A stretch of DNA of 64,000 nucleotides from a virus. Below are positions 9,740-17,851 of this stretch, one piece after another. The translations under genes and the position numbers were made by a program. The stretch covers positions 64,001 through 128,000 of the IMG/VR virus record IMGVR_UViG_3300037010_002844. The stretch is one strand, 5' to 3'. The notes beneath the pieces were generated by a model. That model saw only the letters and a program-made list of their open reading frames with translations. It made no database searches and was not told where the DNA came from. Within the stretch, counting starts at the first letter, position 1, and each line of letters starts with the position of its first letter.

Positions 9740-10067
9740 CTGCGATCCTTTCTTCCTCGAGGCACCTGTTGTCGCGCTCCGTCCTCTCCATCGTCTCTTC
9801 CCACTGTTGTTCAGCGGCTTCCCAAGCCTCGGCCCACTGTCGGAGTGCGTCCGCGTTGGGCACGCCCTCGTCATTCATAGCTTCAGGTCCTCCAAAGACG
9901 CAGAGATATGACTGTTGTGTGCCGTGGCCCCACAGTTGCACGGAGCGTAGCCCTCGTGATCGCATTCAGCTGGGCACGAGTCCGAGTGCCCGCGGTGGTT
10001 GCCAGCGAGACCTTGGCACGGACTATCTTCTCGATCAACTGTTCGTAGGTGTACATGGGTTTTATGT

Positions 10068-11198
10068 TTACGTGATTTCCCTCAACTTCCAGACCGTCGT
10101 CGACGCGCCAAAGTCGTCCCTCTTGACCTCGGCACAACACAGGATGAAGGGGTCAGGAAGCTCCTTGCCGCCCCAGACAGAAATCTTCGTGGCCTTGCCA
10201 GTGGGTCCAACCGCAAAGATTTGCACATATTCCTTGCCATTGCGGGTCTTCTTCTTGATGCCCGTCACCGGCTTGCCACCCTTCTTTGCAGCAACAGGGG
10301 CCGTGACAAACCAGACGACCGCCGTGTCACCGTGCTCCAGGTCGTCAATGCTATTGACGCCCTTCTTCTCCAAGGCAGCCAAGATTTCGATGTCAATCAT
10401 GGCGGTGACGTCCAAAGCACCGAAGACGTCGACCATATTTTGAGCACGTTCAGAAGACGACCAGTCCTCGATGTCAGCGTAGTCCCTGACCAACTGGTAG
10501 AAGTTCTTAAGGCCCTCGTGCGGGTCAGACTTCGGGTGTCGCTTGATCAACGCCCCGTGATCGATGTCGACCTCTTCGGTGACCTCGACGCCCTTGCGCT
10601 TCTTGGTCACGGTCTCCACGTGAGAACCGAAGAGGACCTCGTGCATGTGATGATAGTTGTTGAAGACCTTGCCTTCGCCCACGATGTCCATACTGCCGAA
10701 GGCACCGATCTTGACCAGGGCCTCCATCGCCTTCTTGTTGAACTTGCTGTGTTTCCACTCGAAGTTGTCATCCCACAGCAACTCCTCGATAGTGTTGTAG
10801 GGACGGTTGGCCATGATCTCTTCGACCGCCGAGTCGCCGACACCCTTGCAGGACGTCATCGACGGCATCAACTTCTTGCCGGGCAGCGCGGTCCACCCGA
10901 GCCCCGCCAGGTTGATGTCGATCGGGACGATCTGATAGCCCAAGGCCTTTACCTCGCTGAACGCCTTAGCACGTTGAGCAGGAGTGTGCGACATGCTTTC
11001 GAGATAGGCACACAGCCATTCCTCCTCGTGATATGTCATCAGCCAGGCGCACCAGAAGCTGTCAATGGCGTATGCCACTGCATGGCTGTTAGACGTCAGT
11101 ATCCCGTTAGCGAGATAGAACTGGTGATCCGGGTGATCGACTTCGAGGTCATAGGTCTGGTGTCGACCCACGGGTGTGATAGACTTGATGTTACTCAT
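10068..11198 (-). CDS. dnaE: DnaE (Pol III alpha) piece H: split-intein C-half (IntC, 11088..11198) plus C-terminal extein
   Basis: Starts MSNIKSITPVGRHQTYDLEVDHPDHQFYLANGILTSN (Hint blocks F/G) then SHAVAYAIDSFWCAWLMTYHEEEW. This matches the DnaE motif [28 protein letters not shown], continuing into the C-terminal OB region. Confidence 0.85.
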   Translation of the reverse strand: MSNIKSITPVGRHQTYDLEVDHPDHQFYLANGILTSNSHAVAYAIDSFWCAWLMTYHEEEWLCAYLESMSHTPAQRAKAFSEVKALGYQIVPIDINLAGLGWTALPGKKLMPSMTSCKGVGDSAVEEIMANRPYNTIEELLWDDNFEWKHSKFNKKAMEALVKIGAFGSMDIVGEGKVFNNYHHMHEVLFGSHVETVTKKRKGVEVTEEVDIDHGALIKRHPKSDPHEGLKNFYQLVRDYADIEDWSSSERAQNMVDVFGALDVTAMIDIEILAALEKKGVNSIDDLEHGDTAVVWFVTAPVAAKKGGKPVTGIKKKTRNGKEYVQIFAVGPTGKATKISVWGGKELPDPFILCCAEVKRDDFGASTTVWKLREIT

Positions 11199-11419
11199 GT
11201 GAGCAGGTCCTTCAACAGGTCTTCGATCGCTCCTGCGTTCGGTTCATCAAGCATTGCTTTAGCATACTCTTCTTCAATGTACTCGTCAGTCGGCTGGAGT
11301 TCAACCTTCGTTTCGCTTTTGCGTCGGTAACGTGCCGCGGCCCGTAACAGTTCGATCGGACTCAGACCCATGCGTTGGGCAATGTCATTCAGTGCGATTT
11401 CAAACGGCGGTCTTTTCAT
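11195..11419 (-). CDS. small hypothetical protein (74 aa) between HE4 and the IntC of piece H
   Basis: ORF MKRPPFEIALNDIAQRMGLSPIELLRAAARYRRK...; possibly a helix-turn-helix fragment. Confidence 0.35.
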   Translation of the reverse strand: MKRPPFEIALNDIAQRMGLSPIELLRAAARYRRKSETKVELQPTDEYIEEEYAKAMLDEPNAGAIEDLLKDLLT

Positions 11420-12449
11420 ACGCTTTTCCTATCCGATGAACGCCAGGTCGAGGATCTTTCAGGATCTCAAAAAGCTTTTTCAAGCAATCAGGTTCGAAGC
11501 GACCGCCATCCTTGTATGAGAACTGATCGTAAGAAATTCGAATGAGTGTCCAATCATGTTTAGTGATGTAATCATCAAGCATTGCATCCATGCACTTCAC
11601 TCGTTCAAAATTATCCTCGCCTTTAATACGTGCATTAAAATGGATGATTCCATCAAATTCAACATAAATGTGTCTTGATCGATCGGCAATGTCAACTTGC
11701 TTTCTTTTAGATTTGTTTGGAAAAGCAACTGACTTGACGACCTGATTATGAACAAAATCATAACCTTCAACGTTTTTCAACAAATCAAACAACGCTAATT
11801 CCGGAATGCTATGCCAAATAGCATGTGCAGCTTTTGTGCACTTTTCGTAGAACTCATCGGGGTTCAACTCACGCCAACGGGCCAGGCGCTCAGCACGTGC
11901 CTTGAGTATCTCAGGCCGGGTTGACGTTAGTCTTGCAACGTCTGATGAACGTTTACGGGCTTCAGGTCGTCGATTAAGTTCTCCCATTAGTTCAGAGCGA
12001 CGTTTCCTCTCGCCCGGATTGCTCGTGATGGCCTCACTGACCGCACGGCCCATCTTTTCCTTGTAGGCAGTCAAATCATCACCGCGTGCCTTCGCTCGTT
12101 TGAGCCAGGCGAAATTCTGCCCACGATGCTTGAAACGCGCTGTCGAGACTTTCGATGTGATTGCGGCAGTCGGGTACGCTTTCAGGTATTCTTCTTTGCT
12201 CATACCATGCGTCCCCGACAAGTGCTTTGCCAGTGCCTTACCCGTGAAGCCACAGACTTGGCATGTGACACTCTCACTGTCACCGAGTATGAATCCTTGG
12301 CACCTAGCTTGGTGTTTTTCGTAGGCCTTCAGGTAGACGAAGAGCCTGCTACATCGGTCACAACGATGCTGAGGCCCCGTTCGGCAATCATCCACAGGGG
12401 CAACATCTCGTTTGTCTCCTTCGTCCTGAACTTGTGATCCCACGTGCAC
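11400..12449 (-). CDS. free-standing homing endonuclease HE4, Vsr-like (EDxHD-type) nuclease core
   Basis: C-terminal core RSRHIYVEFDGIIHFN...WTLIRISYDQ (the Vsr-like 'vEfDG..H' motif). The N-terminal Cys/His-rich region has CDRCSRLF and CQVCGF. The annotated start overlaps the IntN of piece G in another frame, so the real start is probably internal. Confidence 0.75.
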   Translation of the reverse strand: MHVGSQVQDEGDKRDVAPVDDCRTGPQHRCDRCSRLFVYLKAYEKHQARCQGFILGDSESVTCQVCGFTGKALAKHLSGTHGMSKEEYLKAYPTAAITSKVSTARFKHRGQNFAWLKRAKARGDDLTAYKEKMGRAVSEAITSNPGERKRRSELMGELNRRPEARKRSSDVARLTSTRPEILKARAERLARWRELNPDEFYEKCTKAAHAIWHSIPELALFDLLKNVEGYDFVHNQVVKSVAFPNKSKRKQVDIADRSRHIYVEFDGIIHFNARIKGEDNFERVKCMDAMLDDYITKHDWTLIRISYDQFSYKDGGRFEPDCLKKLFEILKDPRPGVHRIGKAYEKTAV

Positions 12450-13030
12450 TTTACCTTCTCTCCGGTCACCAACTCCACTTCTACCAAGTCTAGCTCACCG
12501 TGGTCGTGTTTTGCAACAACAGGGACGAGGATGTTTTTACCTGAATTCTCATCACGAGACATGACCAGGTCGCCGGGTTCGATGTGTTGAAGCTGCTTTG
12601 TCTCTTTGAACGTGCCGTCTGAAAAAAAGGTATTTACTGGTTCCGAAAAGTACAAACTTTTATTGAAGCCGTAGCCCGCGAAGTACAGAATCTTGTCGTA
12701 GAGGTTGTTGGCCACCTTCTCGGTATAACCGTTGGCGATGCAACCCTTGACGAACCCGTCACGGGTCTCTTGGGCTGCCTTCTTTGCCGCCTCACCGCCC
12801 GAGATGCTGCGCTTCATGATTGCGCGACGGACCTCGTCACACTTGTCCTTCGGGAAGCCGGCAGCCTTCTCGGCGAGTTCCATCACCTGTTCCTGAAAAA
12901 TTATGCAGTTATGCACGAGAAGGCCATTTGCGAAGAAGTTGTTGTTCTTCTTGACCTGGATGTCGTACACAGGCTGTGCAGGAACACGCTTGATCGCACG
13001 GATCTTGACGGGAACTACGTCAGGCATCAC
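12329..13030 (-). CDS. dnaE: DnaE piece G: IntC (12908..13030) + 83-aa extein (12659..12907) + IntN (12332..12658)
   Basis: IntC ...PVYDIQVKKNNNFFANGLLVHN, then CIIFQEQVMELAEKAAGF...VRRAIMKR...YFAGYGFNK (DnaE: IILYQEQVMQIAQ...LRRAMGKKK...KFAGYGFNK), then IntN SLYFSEPVNTF...TWDHKFRT (blocks A/B). Confidence 0.85.
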   Translation of the reverse strand: MMPDVVPVKIRAIKRVPAQPVYDIQVKKNNNFFANGLLVHNCIIFQEQVMELAEKAAGFPKDKCDEVRRAIMKRSISGGEAAKKAAQETRDGFVKGCIANGYTEKVANNLYDKILYFAGYGFNKSLYFSEPVNTFFSDGTFKETKQLQHIEPGDLVMSRDENSGKNILVPVVAKHDHGELDLVEVELVTGEKVKCTWDHKFRTKETNEMLPLWMIAERGLSIVVTDVAGSSST

Positions 13031-13344
13031 TTACGCTCCGTTTCACGATGAGTCTGACAAACAATGTGTAATGACATTGAGCGCGACAAAGCATCACTGC
13101 CTAGAACGACTCGGCAAGGGTTGAGATTTTCCCCCACATGACGCATCCATTCTTGCAAAGCGTTGATCAATCGTTGGGCTTCGTTGAAACCCTCATGCGA
13201 GGGTGGAAACTGACAGCAACCTACCAAATCTCTAGTCCCAGGATCATATGCAATGATTCGCAAATTCCCATGAACGTTCATCTCTAGCGTTAGAGATCCA
13301 TAAACATCGTCATCGATCTCGCTAGTGTAAAGATCTGCGCTCAT
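13027..13344 (-). CDS. small hypothetical ORF (105 aa) in the F|G inter-fragment spacer
   Basis: Track ORF; no motif. Confidence 0.3.
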   Translation of the reverse strand: MSADLYTSEIDDDVYGSLTLEMNVHGNLRIIAYDPGTRDLVGCCQFPPSHEGFNEAQRLINALQEWMRHVGENLNPCRVVLGSDALSRSMSLHIVCQTHRETERK

Positions 13345-13345
13345 A

Positions 13346-13591
13346 TCATTTTTCTTTCATGTTCAATGATGATGCGCAGAGTTGGCACACTGGTCCATCA
13401 ACACTCAAAACACGTTGACCATGGTATTCGAGCTCCATATCATTTCCGACCTCTTCATAAGCTCGAAATGTGTCGAACCAGTCGGCATACGTGAGATCAT
13501 CACGCTTTCCAAATGCCGTATGTGACTTCATCGTGTTGATAAAGTTCTTGAACGACGTAAGCAACTCCTCTTCAAAATCATCAATCTTCAT
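13346..13591 (-). CDS. small hypothetical ORF (81 aa) in the F|G inter-fragment spacer
   Basis: Track ORF; no motif. Confidence 0.3.
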   Translation of the reverse strand: MKIDDFEEELLTSFKNFINTMKSHTAFGKRDDLTYADWFDTFRAYEEVGNDMELEYHGQRVLSVDGPVCQLCASSLNMKEK

Positions 13592-13662
13592 GTCTAAATT
13601 GTCCTCAATTTGAGGTGATAGTTCAAGGCATCAGACTCCCAGACGCGGTACACCGTGAAGCC

Positions 13663-13830
13663 TCAAGTTCTTGTGGCAAGCGTCCATAATTGATCAAGCC
13701 TAAATTGCTTCTTCATCGCAGGTGTTAGTTCATGCTTCGCTGGGTTACTGTGCCAATAGTCGCCGTCGTACTCGATGATGAGGTTGAGTGATGGCACGAC
13801 GAAGTAGCCTGGTTTCAGTACTTCATTCCC
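13663..13830 (-). pseudogene. truncated Vsr-like homing-endonuclease remnant (nuclease-core fragment only, no start codon)
   Basis: Third-frame translation NEVLKPGYFVVPSLNLIIEYDGDYWHSNPAKHELTPAMKKQFRLDQLWTLATRT* contains the 'IEYDGxYWHS' Vsr-like motif. It overlaps the 3' end of piece F and has no upstream Met. Confidence 0.5.
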
Positions 13831-14414
13831 AAAATCTCGTCTTCAGACGTCAGTTCACCTGCTTGCACCCAACCACGAGGCGTCATGACAAGGTGATCTT
13901 CAGTCAAAGACAAAGTTTCTCCACCCTCCAGCTCAACCTCGATGATGTCACGTACGCCGTTTGAGGCGACAGCGACAACTTCGTCCATCTCGACGGTCTT
14001 CGTCATTTCATTGTATGACGGAAGCTTAGTTCCCACCATTCCTTGTTCAACGATTTGTCTAATGGGAACCTCACCTTGCTCAGTAAGGATATGTGTGTCA
14101 CCCGTCAAACACGAGTATGTCTTCTTCAGGATGTCGTTGACGCGGTGATCGCCCCACTCCAACTCCTTGCCGTCATTCTTCGCCTCCAAGTACAGTCGAT
14201 CGACTTTGGCGGCCAAGGGACCCGGGCGATAGATGCTGGTCAGCGTCGCGATGTCGATGATGCTCTTGGGCTTGCCTTTGACAAAGAGTCGCTGAGCGCC
14301 CTGGCCCGTGCAATTGTGAACAACGACGTCGTTAGCGACGAAATTATGATGATTTCGCACCTCGATGTCGTAGACGTGGCGCTTACCCACGCTGCGTGAT
14401 GACACAAGCTTCAA
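13815..14414 (-). CDS. dnaE: DnaE piece F: IntC (14313..14414) + 67-aa extein (14112..14312) + IntN (13818..14111)
   Basis: IntC MKLVSSRSVGKRHVYDIEVRNHHNFVANDVVVHN; extein CTGQGAQRLF...IATLTSIYRPGPLAA...ILKKTYS (DnaE 'ALFRPGP' and '..TYG' motifs); IntN CLTGDTHILTEQG...SLTEDHLVMT. Confidence 0.85.
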   Translation of the reverse strand: MKLVSSRSVGKRHVYDIEVRNHHNFVANDVVVHNCTGQGAQRLFVKGKPKSIIDIATLTSIYRPGPLAAKVDRLYLEAKNDGKELEWGDHRVNDILKKTYSCLTGDTHILTEQGEVPIRQIVEQGMVGTKLPSYNEMTKTVEMDEVVAVASNGVRDIIEVELEGGETLSLTEDHLVMTPRGWVQAGELTSEDEILGMKY

Positions 14415-15171
14415 GCGTCGTCTCCTTCTTTTCTAGCAACTGTAGGTCATATCCACTGACAAGTGCACACTTGAGCGTCGGATGCAACGTTACGAATGCG
14501 TCAAACTTCTCCCTAGCATCATCACGCCACCAGCCCTTGACTTCCACGTACACCCGCTTAAAGAGCTCCAACGTCGGTCATTGACGATGGAAGATCATGT
14601 ACGCCTCTCTTGTGAGCTGGATCCTGATCTCCTCCTCGCTGAAGCCCTCGTCCATGCAATGACGCCAGTTGTCATACAGGTCGACGACGCCATTCTTTCC
14701 GTTCCCGTTGCCCGCTGAGTGCAGAAAGTACAAAGGGGCGCTACGATGAGCGGAGCGCGTCCGTACAATCACATGTTGCGGAGTCGTGGGCCTGTTGCGT
14801 CTCTGTAAGGCGACATGGCCACGGTCGCGGCGAAACCTGCGACCAAAACGCCCGCCTCACGTCAATCCACGAGCTTCGTAACCACTGCTAGACCCAATCA
14901 ACTCGTCGTCTTCGGTTAGGTGCTGTGCCTCAACCCACCCGCGATTCTTCGTCAAGATGGGATGATCAGCGGTGCAGACAAGCTTCTTGCCGTCGTCGAA
15001 CACGAGCTCGATGCACTCCTTGGGTCCTTGGTCGTAAACGACGTCGACGACTGATGTGGTGAACTGCTGCTTGACTTCATCGAAGACCGTCACCTCGTCA
15101 CCGACATGGACGTCCTTGATCAACTTGTACGAGTCATCGCCCATCAGCACTGCCGTGTCCTGGTCGACGCA
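14313..15171 (-). mobile_element. split-intein site 5 (E|F): IntN 14860..15171, decayed mini-nuclease gene 14383..14772, IntC 14313..14414
   Basis: As above; the intervening nuclease gene carries an in-frame stop. Confidence 0.7.
14383..14772 (-). pseudogene. mini PD-(D/E)XK nuclease gene (paralog of 23817..24137 and of the HE1 C-terminus) interrupted by one in-frame TGA at 14578..14580
   Basis: Track ORFs 14578..14772 and 14383..14571 are in the same frame, separated by a single TGA. The joined product ...YMIFHRQ*PTLELFKRVYVEVKGWWRDDAREKF aligns with the paralog ...HQIFVHDESVYYEIKGRWSDKACY, which has no stop at that position. Confidence 0.5.
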
Positions 15172-15333
15172 CTGGAAGATGCCTGCCCACTTGCCTTTCT
15201 CGTAGACCTCGTAAGGTTTGGGATCGGTGAAATCAATGACGGCCGGGTGCATGTGCTGCTCGAACCAGGTCTTGATGTCATTGAATGATACCGCATTTGT
15301 ATGTGCGTCAACGTTAGCAACGACTTTTGCCAT
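14857..15333 (-). CDS. dnaE: DnaE piece E: 54-aa extein (15172..15333) + IntN (14860..15171)
   Basis: Extein ...VIDFTDPKPYEVYEKGKWAGIFQ (DnaE 'IPLDD...TAVFQ'); IntN CVDQDTAVLMGDD...CTADHPILTKNRGWVEAQHLTEDDELIG. The first 13 aa, MAKVVANVDAHTN, resemble a vestigial block G. Confidence 0.8.
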   Translation of the reverse strand: MAKVVANVDAHTNAVSFNDIKTWFEQHMHPAVIDFTDPKPYEVYEKGKWAGIFQCVDQDTAVLMGDDSYKLIKDVHVGDEVTVFDEVKQQFTTSVVDVVYDQGPKECIELVFDDGKKLVCTADHPILTKNRGWVEAQHLTEDDELIGSSSGYEARGLT

Positions 15334-17116
15334 GTCTTTGTAAAGGTACTTTCACAGGTCCATAACGTACACCGCGTTGGAGCAACCAAAGATCTTAAAA
15401 AGCCTGTGTTCCATCGCCATCTCTTCTTGTGATGCGATCCCCGGAATCGCCCTGACAGCAAATCTATCGATACGATTTTGTCCGTCCGTCCACCAAAACC
15501 TAGGCTGCGTCATGTGATCAAATCTAAAACCAGATAGTTCATACGCCCGGCCAGTGCCACCCAACCTCATGTCACGGTATGTGATCATTTTTTGGTAACC
15601 ATGCTCACGTGACCAATCCCTGGCAGCGTTGATCAACCGCGACATGCCTCCAACGACGATGGTATCGCGGGCCGTTGAAACCCGCGCCAATTCAATTGTC
15701 TTAGATCCCCACTTAGTCTGCTGGTGCGGTTTTCGCAATGTCAATGCACAAATAATGTTTCCAGCAATGTCCTCTAGCCAGAACGAATGCGACGAAGGAG
15801 TGTTTCCATCGAGGTGATTGTTCGCCATGAACTGAGCGGTGATGGCTGGACGACCGCTGCGAAGATGTAGCTTTCGTGCCATCACGCGAGTAGCAAGACC
15901 AAGCTTTACCCTGATCATGCTTTTGATGATGTTTTTCTTTACATCATGGTGCCATTCATCGTCGAAGATATGTAGCAACGACACACCACGCTCAAGAGCG
16001 CGAGTCGACTTGTCTTGGTGATACGATGGTGGAGTACCGGTCGCCTCACTGTGCCAATAGACACCGTTGCACTCGATGGCAATCCTTCCGTTACCTGACA
16101 CGATGTCCAGCTCATAAGGCGCGATTGACTGTCTGTCGTTGGCGATGGCGTTCGAATCGAGCTTGACGAAGAAATCGAACACCTCACGATGCCAGCGAGA
16201 GAAATTAGCCGGGTAGCACGTTGAACACACCTTTCCCTTGTAAAGGACGTTAAAGGGAACAATATCAGGTACGTTACAACTGACGCATGTCACATGCACC
16301 GGTGTTGAGTATCCAGCAAACTCAAATTTTTCGATGTTCCACCTCGACCGCAGTGCATCAACTCGCCGTTCGACCTCTTCGAGAGACAACCGAAAAGGAG
16401 AGTTAGTGCCGTTCTCGATAAGGCGTTTTCTAGTCTCGATGATCGAACGTTTGATATCTTCAGAATTAGCGTTCCGAGACCAATGATTCAAGCGAACGCC
16501 TTCGCCGATCCGTTCTGATCGCCGTTTGATCCTATCGTCAGTTTCTGACGTCTGACCGTGCTGCGTCCAGTGTTTTTCTACTTGCCATTTTTCAGTCAAT
16601 GCTCGAGAGATGTTATGCGCAGCTCTTGTGATAGATTCATTATTTTCTTTAGTTTGTCCTGTTCTCCAGTGCCCGTGTTTTTTGATGAAATCACGACAAC
16701 CTTGTGCGGCCCTTCGAACCGATTCAGACGTTGTTTCTGACAGCCCCTTGTTCCATGCAGGCAATGATTTTGATTTCCGGCTAAGCGCACCTCTTACTTG
16801 AGAGTTCTTCTTGCTACAAACTCCACAGAGACGTTCATATCCCGTTTGAAAGGTCATGAACTTGACCGGCCCTGAACACTGAACGCACGGTCCAGGGTGC
16901 TCTCGAAAAAGAAGGTACGCAGCCTCCGCATTGAGCCCGTGCTTTTTAAGGAGATGTGCGCGGAGCGAATTTAGGCTAGCTTTTCGCAATGGATCATTGC
17001 ACTGTGGGCACCTCGAAGGACACGATGTCATCGCCGGGCCCGAGCTCCCTCGCAAGGATGGTGCCCCTGTTGCTGGTGACGATTCGTTGGTCGCCGTAGA
17101 CGCCTCGTGTCGTTCC
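15295..17116 (-). mobile_element. split site 4 (D|E): HE3 insertion with no intact intein; Hint-N-like tail on D and a vestigial block-G-like head (MAKVVANVDAHTN) on E
   Basis: The D tail GTTRGVYGDQRIVTSNRGTILARELGPGDDIVSF lacks Cys1 and block B; the E head ends ..HTN|A, with no nucleophile. Confidence 0.45.
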
Positions 17117-17151
17117 ATCGTCGAGTTGGATCTCAAACCACCCTCTTTCAT
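15352..17151 (-). CDS. free-standing homing endonuclease HE3: Zn-finger + NUMOD3 repeats + Vsr-like nuclease + conserved C-terminal domain
   Basis: C2H2-like CPQCNDPLRKASLNSLRAHLLKKH. NUMOD3-like repeats (...SETDDRIKRRSERIGE...). Nuclease core GRIAIECNGVYWHSE. The C-terminal ~200 aa (ARKLHL...HLDGN...VVGGMSRL...RFWWTD...DRF) is shared with HE2. The annotated N-terminus overlaps piece D, so the real start is likely internal (~17118). Confidence 0.8.
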   Translation of the reverse strand: MKEGGLRSNSTMERHEASTATNESSPATGAPSLRGSSGPAMTSCPSRCPQCNDPLRKASLNSLRAHLLKKHGLNAEAAYLLFREHPGPCVQCSGPVKFMTFQTGYERLCGVCSKKNSQVRGALSRKSKSLPAWNKGLSETTSESVRRAAQGCRDFIKKHGHWRTGQTKENNESITRAAHNISRALTEKWQVEKHWTQHGQTSETDDRIKRRSERIGEGVRLNHWSRNANSEDIKRSIIETRKRLIENGTNSPFRLSLEEVERRVDALRSRWNIEKFEFAGYSTPVHVTCVSCNVPDIVPFNVLYKGKVCSTCYPANFSRWHREVFDFFVKLDSNAIANDRQSIAPYELDIVSGNGRIAIECNGVYWHSEATGTPPSYHQDKSTRALERGVSLLHIFDDEWHHDVKKNIIKSMIRVKLGLATRVMARKLHLRSGRPAITAQFMANNHLDGNTPSSHSFWLEDIAGNIICALTLRKPHQQTKWGSKTIELARVSTARDTIVVGGMSRLINAARDWSREHGYQKMITYRDMRLGGTGRAYELSGFRFDHMTQPRFWWTDGQNRIDRFAVRAIPGIASQEEMAMEHRLFKIFGCSNAVYVMDL

Positions 17152-17851
17152 GTCGTTCCTTTTTGATGATGAGCTCGATGGCGCGCTCGATGAGCCGCAT
17201 CGTTTCTAGACCTAGGAGGTCGTACTTGATGAACTCTCCGATCTTCTCAAGGTGTTTATAATTTACGCCCTCGACCCAAGGTGACTGTGGCTCGCGGACG
17301 CCGGCCTTGCCTTTGGACGTCACCAAAGGCATCTTGTTGGGCAAATCGTCTGCAATCAGCACACCACCCGCGTGACGACCGAGACTACGATTCTGCTTGA
17401 AGAGGATCTTGATCGACTCGGCGACGACCGGGTACTTCTCAATGAAGCCGCGAAACGACGGGCTGACCGGCTGCTTACACTCTGGGCTACAGCCCTGGCA
17501 GATGGACTTCGACTCCGGGCCCTTAGGAGCCCTGCAGTGGAAGGCCATGGCCTCATCGTAGGTCAAGACGAACAGATTCTTGTCGTCGCCTTCCTTCATC
17601 GTCGCCTTACGGACCTCGTCCTCGACGGTCCGCGTGGCAGCGTTGGTCTCCTCGAATGGGATGCCGTAGAACTTGCCGATATCCTTTACAAGCGTTTTTA
17701 GTTTGAAACAGTTATAATTGCTGATGGGAACGACGTTTTCCCACCCAAAAAAGTTTCGAAGTTCATCAAGAACCTCATCTCGCCTGGCAAGATCGGTGTT
17801 GTGAACAACGACGCTCTTGTTGGACGCCAAAAATGAATGAACGACCATCAC
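16994..17851 (-). CDS. dnaE: DnaE piece D: 18-aa IntC-like head (17798..17851) + core extein; the ~40-aa C-terminal tail is non-DnaE-like (Hint-N-like, no Cys1)
   Basis: MMVVHSFLASNKSVVVHN|TDLARRDEVLDELRNFFGWENVVPISNYNCFKLKTLVKDIGKFYGIPFEE (DnaE: RRDEVIDYV..YG.D.VAQI.TFGTM.AKAAIRDVGRVLG.PY) ... GRHAGGVLIADD...YDLLGLETMRLIERAIELI (DnaE: KHAGGVVI...FDFLGLRTLTII). Confidence 0.85.
   Translation of the reverse strand: MMVVHSFLASNKSVVVHNTDLARRDEVLDELRNFFGWENVVPISNYNCFKLKTLVKDIGKFYGIPFEETNAATRTVEDEVRKATMKEGDDKNLFVLTYDEAMAFHCRAPKGPESKSICQGCSPECKQPVSPSFRGFIEKYPVVAESIKILFKQNRSLGRHAGGVLIADDLPNKMPLVTSKGKAGVREPQSPWVEGVNYKHLEKIGEFIKYDLLGLETMRLIERAIELIIKKERHERGWFEIQLDDGTTRGVYGDQRIVTSNRGTILARELGPGDDIVSFEVPTVQ

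Larger units (their letters stand above)
11088..12658 (-). mobile_element. split-intein site 7 (G|H): IntN 12332..12658, HE4 11400..12449, small ORF, IntC 11088..11198
   Basis: The IntN starts with Ser (SLYFSEPV...); the IntC ends ..ILTSN|S. Confidence 0.7.
12908..14111 (-). mobile_element. split-intein site 6 (F|G): IntN 13818..14111, Vsr-like HE remnant 13663..13830 plus two small ORFs, IntC 12908..13030
   Basis: As above. Confidence 0.7.

Noticed and set aside
9694-11330. Long plus-strand ORFs (9694..10443, 9999..11330) overlapping DnaE piece H
   Set aside because: They are antisense to a strongly supported DnaE-coding region, Arg/Leu/Pro-rich and low-complexity. They are read-through of the antisense strand, not genes.
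16994-17151. The C-terminal 40 aa of DnaE piece D as the genuine N-terminus of HE3
   Set aside because: The HE3 ORF is in a different frame there, and its conserved domains begin further downstream. The region is better explained as a Hint-N-like vestige or HE-insertion scar on piece D.
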